Shown here one piece after another: positions 37,976-45,869 of a DNA stretch of 64,000 bases (its first letter is position 1; every line of letters begins with the position of its first letter). Position numbers and translations under genes: made by a program. A model generated the notes under the pieces. It worked only from the letters and a program-made list of their open reading frames with translations, did not search any database and had not been told where the DNA came from. The DNA is from Aquificaceae bacterium. Its GTDB lineage: Bacteria; Aquificota; Aquificia; Aquificales; Aquificaceae. The DNA is taken from NCBI GenBank assembly GCA_026981975.1, contig JALSHV010000012.1, forward strand, positions 6,703-70,702, given 5' to 3'.

Positions 37976-39819
37976 TTTATTCTGGGTTTTACTCTTATTA
38001 AAACTTCATCAGGATTTACACTTTCTCCTACTTGAACGAAAATCTCTTCCACAACACCGTCTACAGGACTGTGAATCTCGTTTTCCATTTTCATAGCTTC
38101 TACAACTAAAAGGACATCTCCTTCTTTTACCTGCTGCCCTACTCTCACTTTTATATTAACCACCTTACCAGAAATGGGAGAAGTTATATCTCCCACATCT
38201 CTGGGTCGCGGTCTTTTAGGCGCTACAGGAGATCCTTCTGATATTTCATAACCCCCTCCTTTTATTTCAACTTCTCTCACAGGTTGCAAAACAACTTCTT
38301 CAAGTCTGCCATCAAGTCTTATAAAAAAGGTTCTTCCACCCGCAGTCTCTTCTCCCCTACCCGCTATCTGAACATGATACTGTTCACCGTGAACAGTTAT
38401 ATTAAACTCAACAGGCGCCTTTTCTACGCACTGTTCTTCTTTCTCCTCAACGTAAGGTTGTAATTCTCCCTTTTGAGCTTTTTCTCTCCACTCAAAGAAT
38501 TCCTTAGCAACAACCGGAAACAAAGCATAGGAGAGAATGTCTTCTTCACTTTTTGCACCTGCTTCCTTGGCTTCTTTTCTTATCTTTTGAAGTTCGGGTT
38601 CCAAGAGATCAGCAGGTCTTTTATCGTATAAGGGTTCCTCATCTCCTAAAATCTTTTCAAGAACTTCTTTCTTAATAGGAGCTGGTGGTCTTCCGTAGAG
38701 ACCTTTAACGTAATCTTTTGTTTCTTTTGTCACCACTTTATAACGTTCTCCGTGAAGAACGTTCATAAAAGCTTGAGTCCCTACTATTTGACTTGTAGGT
38801 GTTACGAGAGGAGGATATCCAAGATCTTCCCTTACACGTGTAACTTCCTTGAGAACTTCCTCCAACTTATCTTCTAAATTCTGCTCTTTTAGCTGGTTTA
38901 TAAAATTTGTTATCATACCACCGGGTATTTGGTGCATTAACACACCTACATCTGGATATGGGGAAAGAACGTCAAATTTTTTGTATTTTTGTCTTATTTC
39001 TCTGAACACATCTCCCGCTTTCTTGTAGGTTTCTGCGTCTACTCTCACACTGTAGCCGAATTCTTTGAGAATGTATATCATGGTTTCTCCCGGAGGGTGA
39101 GATGTCTGGCAGGAAAGAGAATAAAAAACCGTATCTATCATATCCGCTCCTGCTTCAATACCTTTGAGTTGTGCCATCTCCGCTAAATCTGCAGTGGTTT
39201 GCGTGTGCAGATGAACAGGGTATTTCGGATATTCAGATTTTAGAGCTGAAACTAAATCATAGGCGTTCTTAGGAGACAAAAGACCTGCCTGATCTTTTAT
39301 AGAAATTATATCTATCCCCATGTCTATCAGTTCACCGGCTATTTTCACGTAATACTCAACTGTGTGAACAGGACTTATTGCATAAGAAAGAACACCCTTT
39401 ACAGTAGCTCCTACCTTTTTGGCTGTTTCTATGGACTTTTTCATATTTCTGGTATCGTTCAGCGCGTCAAAAATCCTGAAAACCTCAATACCGTTATCGT
39501 AAGCTTTTTTTACAAATTCTTCCACCACATCGTCCGCGTAGTGCCTGTAACCCACAACATTCTGACCCCTTAAGAGCATTTCTAACGGTGTGTTTTTTGC
39601 AACTTCTTTAAATCTCCTTAGTCTTTCCCATGGATCTTCCTTAAGATATCTAAGACATACGTCGTAAGTAGCTCCTCCCCACACTTCCAAGGACCAAAAA
39701 CCGCACTTGTCCAAAAGAGAGAGAGTTTCAAGCATGTCTTCAGTGCGCACACGTGTAGCAAGTAAACTTTGAATTCCGTCCCTAAGGGAAACGTCTGTTA
39801 TAAAAATCTCTCTCATCAC
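37972..39819 (-). CDS. carboxyltransferase + biotin-carrier subunit (PycB/OadA/CfiA family), paralog 1
   Basis: 615 aa. It has the TIM-barrel carboxyltransferase (DVSLRDGIQS, EVWGGATYDVCLRYL). The association region is VEFNITVHGEQYHVQIAG. The C-terminal biotinyl domain carries EAMKMENEI. Confidence 0.9.
   Translation of the reverse strand: MMREIFITDVSLRDGIQSLLATRVRTEDMLETLSLLDKCGFWSLEVWGGATYDVCLRYLKEDPWERLRRFKEVAKNTPLEMLLRGQNVVGYRHYADDVVEEFVKKAYDNGIEVFRIFDALNDTRNMKKSIETAKKVGATVKGVLSYAISPVHTVEYYVKIAGELIDMGIDIISIKDQAGLLSPKNAYDLVSALKSEYPKYPVHLHTQTTADLAEMAQLKGIEAGADMIDTVFYSLSCQTSHPPGETMIYILKEFGYSVRVDAETYKKAGDVFREIRQKYKKFDVLSPYPDVGVLMHQIPGGMITNFINQLKEQNLEDKLEEVLKEVTRVREDLGYPPLVTPTSQIVGTQAFMNVLHGERYKVVTKETKDYVKGLYGRPPAPIKKEVLEKILGDEEPLYDKRPADLLEPELQKIRKEAKEAGAKSEEDILSYALFPVVAKEFFEWREKAQKGELQPYVEEKEEQCVEKAPVEFNITVHGEQYHVQIAGRGEETAGGRTFFIRLDGRLEEVVLQPVREVEIKGGGYEISEGSPVAPKRPRPRDVGDITSPISGKVVNIKVRVGQQVKEGDVLLVVEAMKMENEIHSPVDGVVEEIFVQVGESVNPDEVLIRVKPRIK
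39613..39648. repeat. 36-bp arm of a perfect inverted repeat (partner 44079-44114)
   Basis: TCTCCTTAGTCTTTCCCATGGATCTTCCTTAAGATA is the exact reverse complement of 44079-44114. It encodes YLKEDPWERLRR in both paralogs. Confidence 0.9.
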
Positions 39820-39876
39820 CGTCTCCTTAATGAGGATAGTATAAATTAAATAGTTAGATTTTAAGCTATTTAATCC

Positions 39877-39905
39877 TTGACAGGTTACATAGCCTTACAT
39901 AAAAT
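39877..39905 (+). promoter_or_regulatory. predicted sigma70-type promoter for icd (TTGACA-17-TAAAAT)
   Basis: Consensus -35 at 39877-39882 and near-consensus -10 at 39900-39905, about 28 nt upstream of ATG 39933, which is preceded by GGAGG. Confidence 0.5.
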
Positions 39906-39932
39906 TTTTAACACCTTTTCTGGAGGATATTG

Positions 39933-41201
39933 ATGCCTGAGAATGTCTATACGTGGGAAAAGGGAATAGCAAAACCTGAAAAAGGGGAGTTTATAGAACT
40001 AAAAGAAGACAAAACTCTTAGAATACCCTCTTACCCTGTTATTCCCTTTATAGAAGGAGACGGTATAGGACCTGAGATAACTCCCGCCATGATTCGTGTC
40101 GTTAACAGAGCTGTAGAATCCGCTTATGGAGATTCCCGAAAAATTGTCTGGGTTGAAATACTTGCAGGGGATAAAGCTCAGGAAAAAACGGGGGAAAGAC
40201 TCCCAAAAGAAACACTTGACTTTCTGAAAAAAGCGGTAGTTGGTATAAAAGGACCCTTGGGAACCCCTGTAGGAAAAGGAATCCGTTCTATAAACTCCGC
40301 TCTTAGGAGAGCCTTTGACTTTTACTCCGCTGTCAGACCCGTTTACTGGATGGGACAACCCACTCCTATACCTGATCCTGCAAGAGTTGATTTGGTTGTC
40401 TTCAGAGAAAACACCGATGACGTATATGCAGGTGTAGAATTCTTTTCCCGCACAGAAGAAGCTCTTAAAGTGAGAGATTTCCTTCTTAAAGAAATGGGAG
40501 CAAAAGAAGAAGGCTTTCCACAAGATATAGGTATTACTGTAAAACCAATGAGTGAATTCAAAACAAAAAGACACGTGAGAAAAGCTCTAAGATACGCTCT
40601 TGAAACCAATAGAAAGAACGTAGCCGTTATAGGAAAAGGTAACATAATGAAGGCAACAGAAGGAGCTTTTATAAACTGGGCTTTTGAAGTAGCTCAAGAA
40701 GAAGAGTTCAAGGGAAGGGTTCTGACCGATCCAGAAGCAGAACCCGCAAAAGGGCAAGTGAAATTGAGTAAAGTTATAACAGATCAAATGCTCATGCAGT
40801 TAGTTTTAAAACCCGAAGCATGGGATCTGATAATAGCACAAAACTTAAACGGAGATTACGTTTCAGATCTTGCCGCAGCACTCATAGGCGGTCCGGGATT
40901 TGTCCCCAGCGGGAACATAGGAGATGGATACGCACTCTTTGAAAGCACCCACGGAACAGCACTTGATATAGCTGGAAAGAATATAGCAAATCCTCTTTCC
41001 CTAATTCTCTCAGGTGCAATGATGCTTGAATACATTGGCTGGAAAGAGGCTTCTGAAAAAATATACAGCGCTGTTAGAAAAACCTTAGAGGATAGAATAG
41101 GAACACCTGATATAGCCGCAGGGTTCAGAAAAAGAGGAGAAGAGGCAAGAGAAGTTTCAACAACAGAATATGCCGAAGAAATAGCAAGGAGGATAAATTG
41201 A
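39933..41201 (+). CDS. icd: isocitrate dehydrogenase (homodimeric E. coli type; NAD-type specificity residues)
   Basis: About 422 aa. GDGIGPEI, NLNGDYVSD and STHGTALDIAG are present. Asp-Ile replace the E. coli NADP determinants Lys344-Tyr345. Confidence 0.95.
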   Translation: MPENVYTWEKGIAKPEKGEFIELKEDKTLRIPSYPVIPFIEGDGIGPEITPAMIRVVNRAVESAYGDSRKIVWVEILAGDKAQEKTGERLPKETLDFLKKAVVGIKGPLGTPVGKGIRSINSALRRAFDFYSAVRPVYWMGQPTPIPDPARVDLVVFRENTDDVYAGVEFFSRTEEALKVRDFLLKEMGAKEEGFPQDIGITVKPMSEFKTKRHVRKALRYALETNRKNVAVIGKGNIMKATEGAFINWAFEVAQEEEFKGRVLTDPEAEPAKGQVKLSKVITDQMLMQLVLKPEAWDLIIAQNLNGDYVSDLAAALIGGPGFVPSGNIGDGYALFESTHGTALDIAGKNIANPLSLILSGAMMLEYIGWKEASEKIYSAVRKTLEDRIGTPDIAAGFRKRGEEAREVSTTEYAEEIARRIN

Positions 41202-41232
41202 AATAAACATAAAAGTAAAGGAGGTATAATCA

Positions 41233-41655
41233 ATGAAAATTAAAGTAACTCAGAAAGAAGATTTTCACTTTATAGGTATAGGACCCGCAGGAAGGGAAGT
41301 TCCTATAGACGCTGCGGATTACGTAGGCGGAAAGGGAAGGGGAATAAGACCTCCTGAGCTTCTCTTTCACTCCGTAGCAGGTTGTGTTGGGATACACCTT
41401 TACGAAGCACTTCACAAGGAAGGAAAGCATGTTGAGAATATAGAAATAGAGACAGATGCGGATAGAAAAACAGACGATTACCCGAAGGTTTTTTTAAAGA
41501 TATATTTAAGTGTTAAAGTAAAGGGAAATGTTACGGAAGAAGATGTAAAAAAAGCCCTTGACAAAACTATATACGATCCCGGAACCTGCTCCATCGCCTA
41601 TATGATAAACAAGGTTGCTCCCATTGAGTATAGGGTTGAGGTTGAAAATGGTTAA
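41233..41655 (+). CDS. OsmC/Ohr-family peroxiredoxin-like protein
   Basis: 140 aa. The two conserved cysteine contexts are HSVAGCVGIH and PGTCSIAYM. RBS AAGGAGG lies upstream. Confidence 0.75.
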   Translation: MKIKVTQKEDFHFIGIGPAGREVPIDAADYVGGKGRGIRPPELLFHSVAGCVGIHLYEALHKEGKHVENIEIETDADRKTDDYPKVFLKIYLSVKVKGNVTEEDVKKALDKTIYDPGTCSIAYMINKVAPIEYRVEVENG

Positions 41656-42406
41656 GGACAAAGAGCACTGCTTATGGGTTAAAAACAGTCTTATTTCTCT
41701 TATAAAAGAGTATTGTGGAGAGGAGGTATTGGGTAAATCCGGGGGAGTTCTTTACAGTAGCTACTCAACCGTAAAACCCGGAGATTATGTGATTTTTGGG
41801 ATAAACCCAGGCGGTGATCCAGTTCAAATGAGCCACTGGACTATTGAATGTGATATTGAATACAAGTATAAGAAGAGTATTGAAAAAGGAACTTGGAATG
41901 AATACATTGATGAAATTTGGAGTGGAGAAGAACCTGGAGAATCAATATTCCAAAGGAGGATAAGGCGTCTTTCAGAGTTTTTATTTGGTAGCGAGAGTAA
42001 ACTCAGGGATATATGCGCTTTAAACTTAGTTTTTATCAGAACAAGGAATGAAAAAGGAATAAATTATAAGTTGTTCAACCGCTTTTGGCGAGTTGATGAA
42101 TGGTTTATAAAAACGGTTCAACCGAAATGTATAATTACTATCGGCAAAAAACCCTATGAATATTTACATCAAAAATTCAGTGAATACGGATCAAAAAAAG
42201 TTTGCGAGAAAAAATTTCCCGCAAGCCACGGTAATTGGAAAATGCGTATCTCCAAAATTACAGAACCTTCAGGATTAGTAGACAAACCCATTGTTATCCT
42301 GCACATTCCCCACCTCAGCAGATATGAAGTTTCAGGAAAGAAACAAATATTTGACGAGGTTAAAGAATATTTAAACGAATTACAGGAGGCGGAATATGTT
42401 CAATAA
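41648..42406 (+). CDS. hypothetical protein with uracil-DNA-glycosylase-superfamily-like motifs
   Basis: 252 aa from ATG 41648, overlapping the osmC-like stop by 8 nt. FGINPGG resembles UDG motif A (GINPG in MUG/TDG). ALNLVFIRT and HIPHLSRY resemble the N-containing segment and motif B (HPS). The assignment is tentative. Confidence 0.4.
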   Translation: MVKDKEHCLWVKNSLISLIKEYCGEEVLGKSGGVLYSSYSTVKPGDYVIFGINPGGDPVQMSHWTIECDIEYKYKKSIEKGTWNEYIDEIWSGEEPGESIFQRRIRRLSEFLFGSESKLRDICALNLVFIRTRNEKGINYKLFNRFWRVDEWFIKTVQPKCIITIGKKPYEYLHQKFSEYGSKKVCEKKFPASHGNWKMRISKITEPSGLVDKPIVILHIPHLSRYEVSGKKQIFDEVKEYLNELQEAEYVQ

Positions 42407-43814
42407 GCTTCTCATAGCCAACAGAGGCGAAATTGCCTGCAGAATTATACGAGCAGCAAAGGAGCTGGGAATACAGACTGTAGCCATTTACAACGAAGCA
42501 GAGGGAACAGCTCGGCATGTAAAGATGGCAGACGAAGCCTACATGATAGGAGTTGATCCCCTTGATACTTATTTGAACAAGCAAAGAATTATAGATCTTG
42601 CTCTTGAGGTAGGAGCAGATGCAATTCACCCAGGCTACGGATTTCTTGCGGAAAACGCAGAATTCGCCCGTATGTGTGAAGAAGCTAACATAACTTTTAT
42701 AGGACCGCCGTGGCAAGTTATAGAGCTTATGGGAGATAAAGCCAGATCTAAGGAAATAATGAAAAAAGCAGGTGTTCCAGTAGTGCCGGGTTCTGAAGGA
42801 ATTCTCAAAGATGTTGAAGAAGCCAAAACCATAGCCAAAGAAATAGGGTATCCTGTTCTTCTCAAAGCGACCGCCGGAGGCGGTGGCAGAGGAATAAGAA
42901 TCTGTAGGAATGAAGAAGAACTCATAAAAAACTATGAAAGTGCCTACAATGAAGCTCAAAAGGCTTTCGGCTGTGGTGATCTTCTTTTAGAAAAGTTTAT
43001 AGAAAATCCAAAACACATAGAATTTCAAGTTCTTGGAGATAAATACGGAAATGTAATACACTTAGGAGAAAGAGATTGTTCTATACAGCGCAGAAATCAA
43101 AAACTTGTGGAAATAGCACCTTCCTTGTTACTAACTTCCGAAAAAAGAGCCTATTACGGAGATATTGTAGCAAAAGCCGCTAAGGAAATAGGTTACTACA
43201 ACGCAGGAACAATGGAGTTCATCGCCGATGAGCAGGGTAATCTCTATTTCATAGAAATGAACACACGCATTCAAGTGGAACACCCCGTTACAGAAATGGT
43301 AACCGGTGTAGATATAGTCAAATGGCAGATCAGGATAGCCGCCGGTGAGAAGTTGAAGTATAGACAAGAAGATATTAACTTTAAAGGGTATTCAATAGAA
43401 GTAAGGATAAACGCAGAAGATCCCAAACAGGGATTTGCTCCTTCGGTAGGTATGATAGAAAGGTATTACGTTCCTGGTGGATTTGGAATAAGAGTAGAAC
43501 ACGCAGCCTCAAGGGGTTTTGAAGTTACTCCTTACTACGACTCTATGATTGCAAAACTTATAGTATGGGCGCCAGAGTGGAAAATAGCAGTTGACAGAAT
43601 GAAGGCAGCTCTTGAAACCTATGAAATAACAGGAGTTAAAACCACCATACCTCTTTTGATAGAAATAATGAAAGAACCGGACTTCAGAGCAGGTAAATTT
43701 ACTACAAGATATCTTGAAGAACACCCTCAGGTGTTTAATTACAAAGAACACAGAGACAAAGAAGACTTCGCCGCTATAATATCCGCTGTGATCGCTTCTT
43801 ACCACGGAATATAA
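42396..43814 (+). CDS. biotin carboxylase subunit (AccC/PycA/CfiB family)
   Basis: 472 aa. It has an ATP-grasp fold with KATAGGGGRGI, EMNTRIQVEHPVTE and a C-terminal biotin carboxylase domain. It lies directly upstream of the 651-aa CT-BCCP gene. Confidence 0.92.
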   Translation: MFNKLLIANRGEIACRIIRAAKELGIQTVAIYNEAEGTARHVKMADEAYMIGVDPLDTYLNKQRIIDLALEVGADAIHPGYGFLAENAEFARMCEEANITFIGPPWQVIELMGDKARSKEIMKKAGVPVVPGSEGILKDVEEAKTIAKEIGYPVLLKATAGGGGRGIRICRNEEELIKNYESAYNEAQKAFGCGDLLLEKFIENPKHIEFQVLGDKYGNVIHLGERDCSIQRRNQKLVEIAPSLLLTSEKRAYYGDIVAKAAKEIGYYNAGTMEFIADEQGNLYFIEMNTRIQVEHPVTEMVTGVDIVKWQIRIAAGEKLKYRQEDINFKGYSIEVRINAEDPKQGFAPSVGMIERYYVPGGFGIRVEHAASRGFEVTPYYDSMIAKLIVWAPEWKIAVDRMKAALETYEITGVKTTIPLLIEIMKEPDFRAGKFTTRYLEEHPQVFNYKEHRDKEDFAAIISAVIASYHGI

Positions 43815-43850
43815 GTAATTTAAAAATTGCACTGTCAAGGAGGTGGATAA

Positions 43851-45806
43851 ATGGTAGAAATCTTAGAGGAAATTAAAGAAAAGATTAAAGAATACGAAAA
43901 ACAAGGCTTTAAGAAAAAGATTTTAATCTCAGACCTTACTCCCAGAGACGGACAGCAATGTAAACTCGCTACAAGAGTAAGGACTGATGACCTTATACCC
44001 TTGTGTGAAAAACTGGATAAATGCGGTTTTTATGCAGTAGAAGTATGGGGCGGAGCCACCTACGATGTGTGCCTTAGGTATCTTAAGGAAGATCCATGGG
44101 AAAGACTAAGGAGAATAAAAGAAGCCATGCCAAACACGAAACTACAGATGCTCTTCAGGGGGCAAAACATAGTAGGTTATAAACCTAAGAGTGATAAAAC
44201 TGTTAAAAAGTTTGTTGAGAAAGCAATAGAAAACGGTATAACCGTTTTCAGAGTTTTTGATTCCTTAAACGACAACAGAAATATAGAAATGGCTGTTAAA
44301 GCTATAAAAGAATTCGGTGGAGAAGTTCACGCTGAAATAAGCTATACCAGATCCCCTGTTCATACCTATGAGAGATGGATGGAATACGGTAAAGAGTTGG
44401 CAGAGTTAGAACCAGATTGGATATCCTTTAAAGACGCAACGGGTATTATGCCTCCTTTTGAATGTTATATGATCATTAAGGGATTAAAAGAAGCTACTGA
44501 CGGTAAAATTCCGGTTCTCCTACACAACCACGATATGAGCGGTATGGCGACTATAAACCATATGATGGCTGTCCTTGCAGGAGTTGATATGCTTGATACT
44601 GTGCTGTCTCCTTTAGCTTTTGGATCTTCTCACCCTGCTACAGAAACAATTGTAGCTTCCCTTCAGAATACCCCTTTTGATACGGGACTTGATTTAGAGA
44701 AAATAGCAGAAGCAGCGGAAGAGGCAAAAAAAATAAAGAAAAAATACAAGAAATACGAAACAGAATACGCAGGTGTTAATGCTAAAGTTCTCATTCATAA
44801 AATACCCGGCGGAATGATTTCCAACATGGTTGCTCAATTAATGGAAGCCAACGCTCTTGATAAGATAGAGGAAGCGCTTGAAGAAGTTCCCCGTGTGGAA
44901 GCTGATCTCGGATATCCACCTCTTTTGACACCCTCTTCTCAAATTGTAGGAGTTCAAGCTGTTTTGAACGTAATAACAGGAGAACGTTACAGAACAATCA
45001 CAAAAGAAGTAAGGGATTACGTAGAAGGTAAATACGGAAAGCCACCCGGACCCCTGTCCAAAGAATTAGTTGAAAAAATCCTTGGACCAGATAGAGAACC
45101 CGATTTTTCCATAAGACCGGGAGATTTAGCGGATCAAGAAGAATGGGATAAAGCCAGAAAAGAACTTGAAAAGCTGTTAGGAAGAGAAGCAACTGATGAG
45201 GAAATACTACTTTATATTCTTTTCCCAATGCAAGCAAAGGAATTCCTTATATTAAGAGAAAAAGGAGAACTCCATCCCGAACCCGTTGAAGAGCTTGCCG
45301 ATATTACAGAAACACCAAAGGGTAAAGTGGAAGGTGCAGCTCCTGTAGAGTTTGATATCCTTTACCACGGAGATAGATTCAGGGTAAAAGTAGAAGGTGT
45401 TTCCTTTGAAACCGAAGCAGGAAAACCCAGAAAATACTACATAAGAATAGACGGGAAATTGGAAGAGATCCAACTATTCCCCCACAGAGAAGCGATACCC
45501 AAAGGCGGTTCAACTGGCACAGTATCGCCTCCACCGGTAGAAGAAGGCATACCCAAAGCTTCCGAAGCAGGAGATGTAACACCGCCTATGCCGGGAAAGG
45601 TGGTAAAAATTTTAGTCAACGAAGGTCAACCAGTAGAGCAGGGTCAAACTGTAGCCATAGTGGAAGCAATGAAAATGGAAAACGAAATACACGCTCCCAT
45701 GGAAGGAATAGTTAAGAAGATCTTTGCAAAACCGGGAGATCAGGTTAATCCCGATGAAGCAATACTCAGGATAGCTCCTTATAAAGAGGATAAAAGTTAT
45801 CAGTGA
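43851..45806 (+). CDS. carboxyltransferase + biotin-carrier subunit (PycB/OadA/CfiA family), paralog 2; best candidate for 2-oxoglutarate carboxylase large subunit
   Basis: 651 aa (about 72 kDa). DLTPRDGQQ, EVWGGATYDVCLRYL and VEFDILYHGDRFRVKVEG are present. The biotinyl motif is EAMKMENEI. RBS AAGGAGGTG lies upstream. Confidence 0.88.
   Translation: MVEILEEIKEKIKEYEKQGFKKKILISDLTPRDGQQCKLATRVRTDDLIPLCEKLDKCGFYAVEVWGGATYDVCLRYLKEDPWERLRRIKEAMPNTKLQMLFRGQNIVGYKPKSDKTVKKFVEKAIENGITVFRVFDSLNDNRNIEMAVKAIKEFGGEVHAEISYTRSPVHTYERWMEYGKELAELEPDWISFKDATGIMPPFECYMIIKGLKEATDGKIPVLLHNHDMSGMATINHMMAVLAGVDMLDTVLSPLAFGSSHPATETIVASLQNTPFDTGLDLEKIAEAAEEAKKIKKKYKKYETEYAGVNAKVLIHKIPGGMISNMVAQLMEANALDKIEEALEEVPRVEADLGYPPLLTPSSQIVGVQAVLNVITGERYRTITKEVRDYVEGKYGKPPGPLSKELVEKILGPDREPDFSIRPGDLADQEEWDKARKELEKLLGREATDEEILLYILFPMQAKEFLILREKGELHPEPVEELADITETPKGKVEGAAPVEFDILYHGDRFRVKVEGVSFETEAGKPRKYYIRIDGKLEEIQLFPHREAIPKGGSTGTVSPPPVEEGIPKASEAGDVTPPMPGKVVKILVNEGQPVEQGQTVAIVEAMKMENEIHAPMEGIVKKIFAKPGDQVNPDEAILRIAPYKEDKSYQ
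44079..44114. repeat. 36-bp arm of a perfect inverted repeat (partner 39613-39648)
   Basis: TATCTTAAGGAAGATCCATGGGAAAGACTAAGGAGA spans codons Y77-R88 of paralog 2. Flanking codons differ at synonymous sites. Confidence 0.9.
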
Positions 45807-45809
45807 TTC

Positions 45810-45837
45810 TTGACAATTTGAAGATTATGGCTATGTT
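45810..45837 (+). promoter_or_regulatory. predicted sigma70-type promoter for korAB (TTGACA-16-TATGTT)
   Basis: Consensus -35 at 45810-45815 immediately after the upstream stop, and -10 at 45832-45837. RBS GGGAGG precedes ATG 45870. Confidence 0.45.
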
Positions 45838-45869
45838 TTTTTACACCTTAATTTAGGGAGGTAAAGTGT

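Noticed and set aside
39999-40574. 191-aa ORF antisense to icd, together with the 100-aa and 66-aa ORFs at 40343-40787
   Set aside because: The sense strand encodes a full-length, motif-rich isocitrate dehydrogenase. The antisense translation is low-complexity and rich in F, S and Y. Such shadow ORFs are expected opposite GAA/AAG-rich coding sequence.
42360-42959. 199-aa ORF antisense to the biotin carboxylase gene
   Set aside because: This is the same shadow-ORF situation. There are no recognisable motifs, and the opposite strand carries an unambiguous ATP-grasp carboxylase.
44791-45619. Cluster of five short minus-strand ORFs (60-79 aa) inside the second CT-BCCP gene
   Set aside because: They fall within the linker and association region of a well-supported gene. 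They are overlapping and mutually exclusive frames, and none has an RBS or motif.
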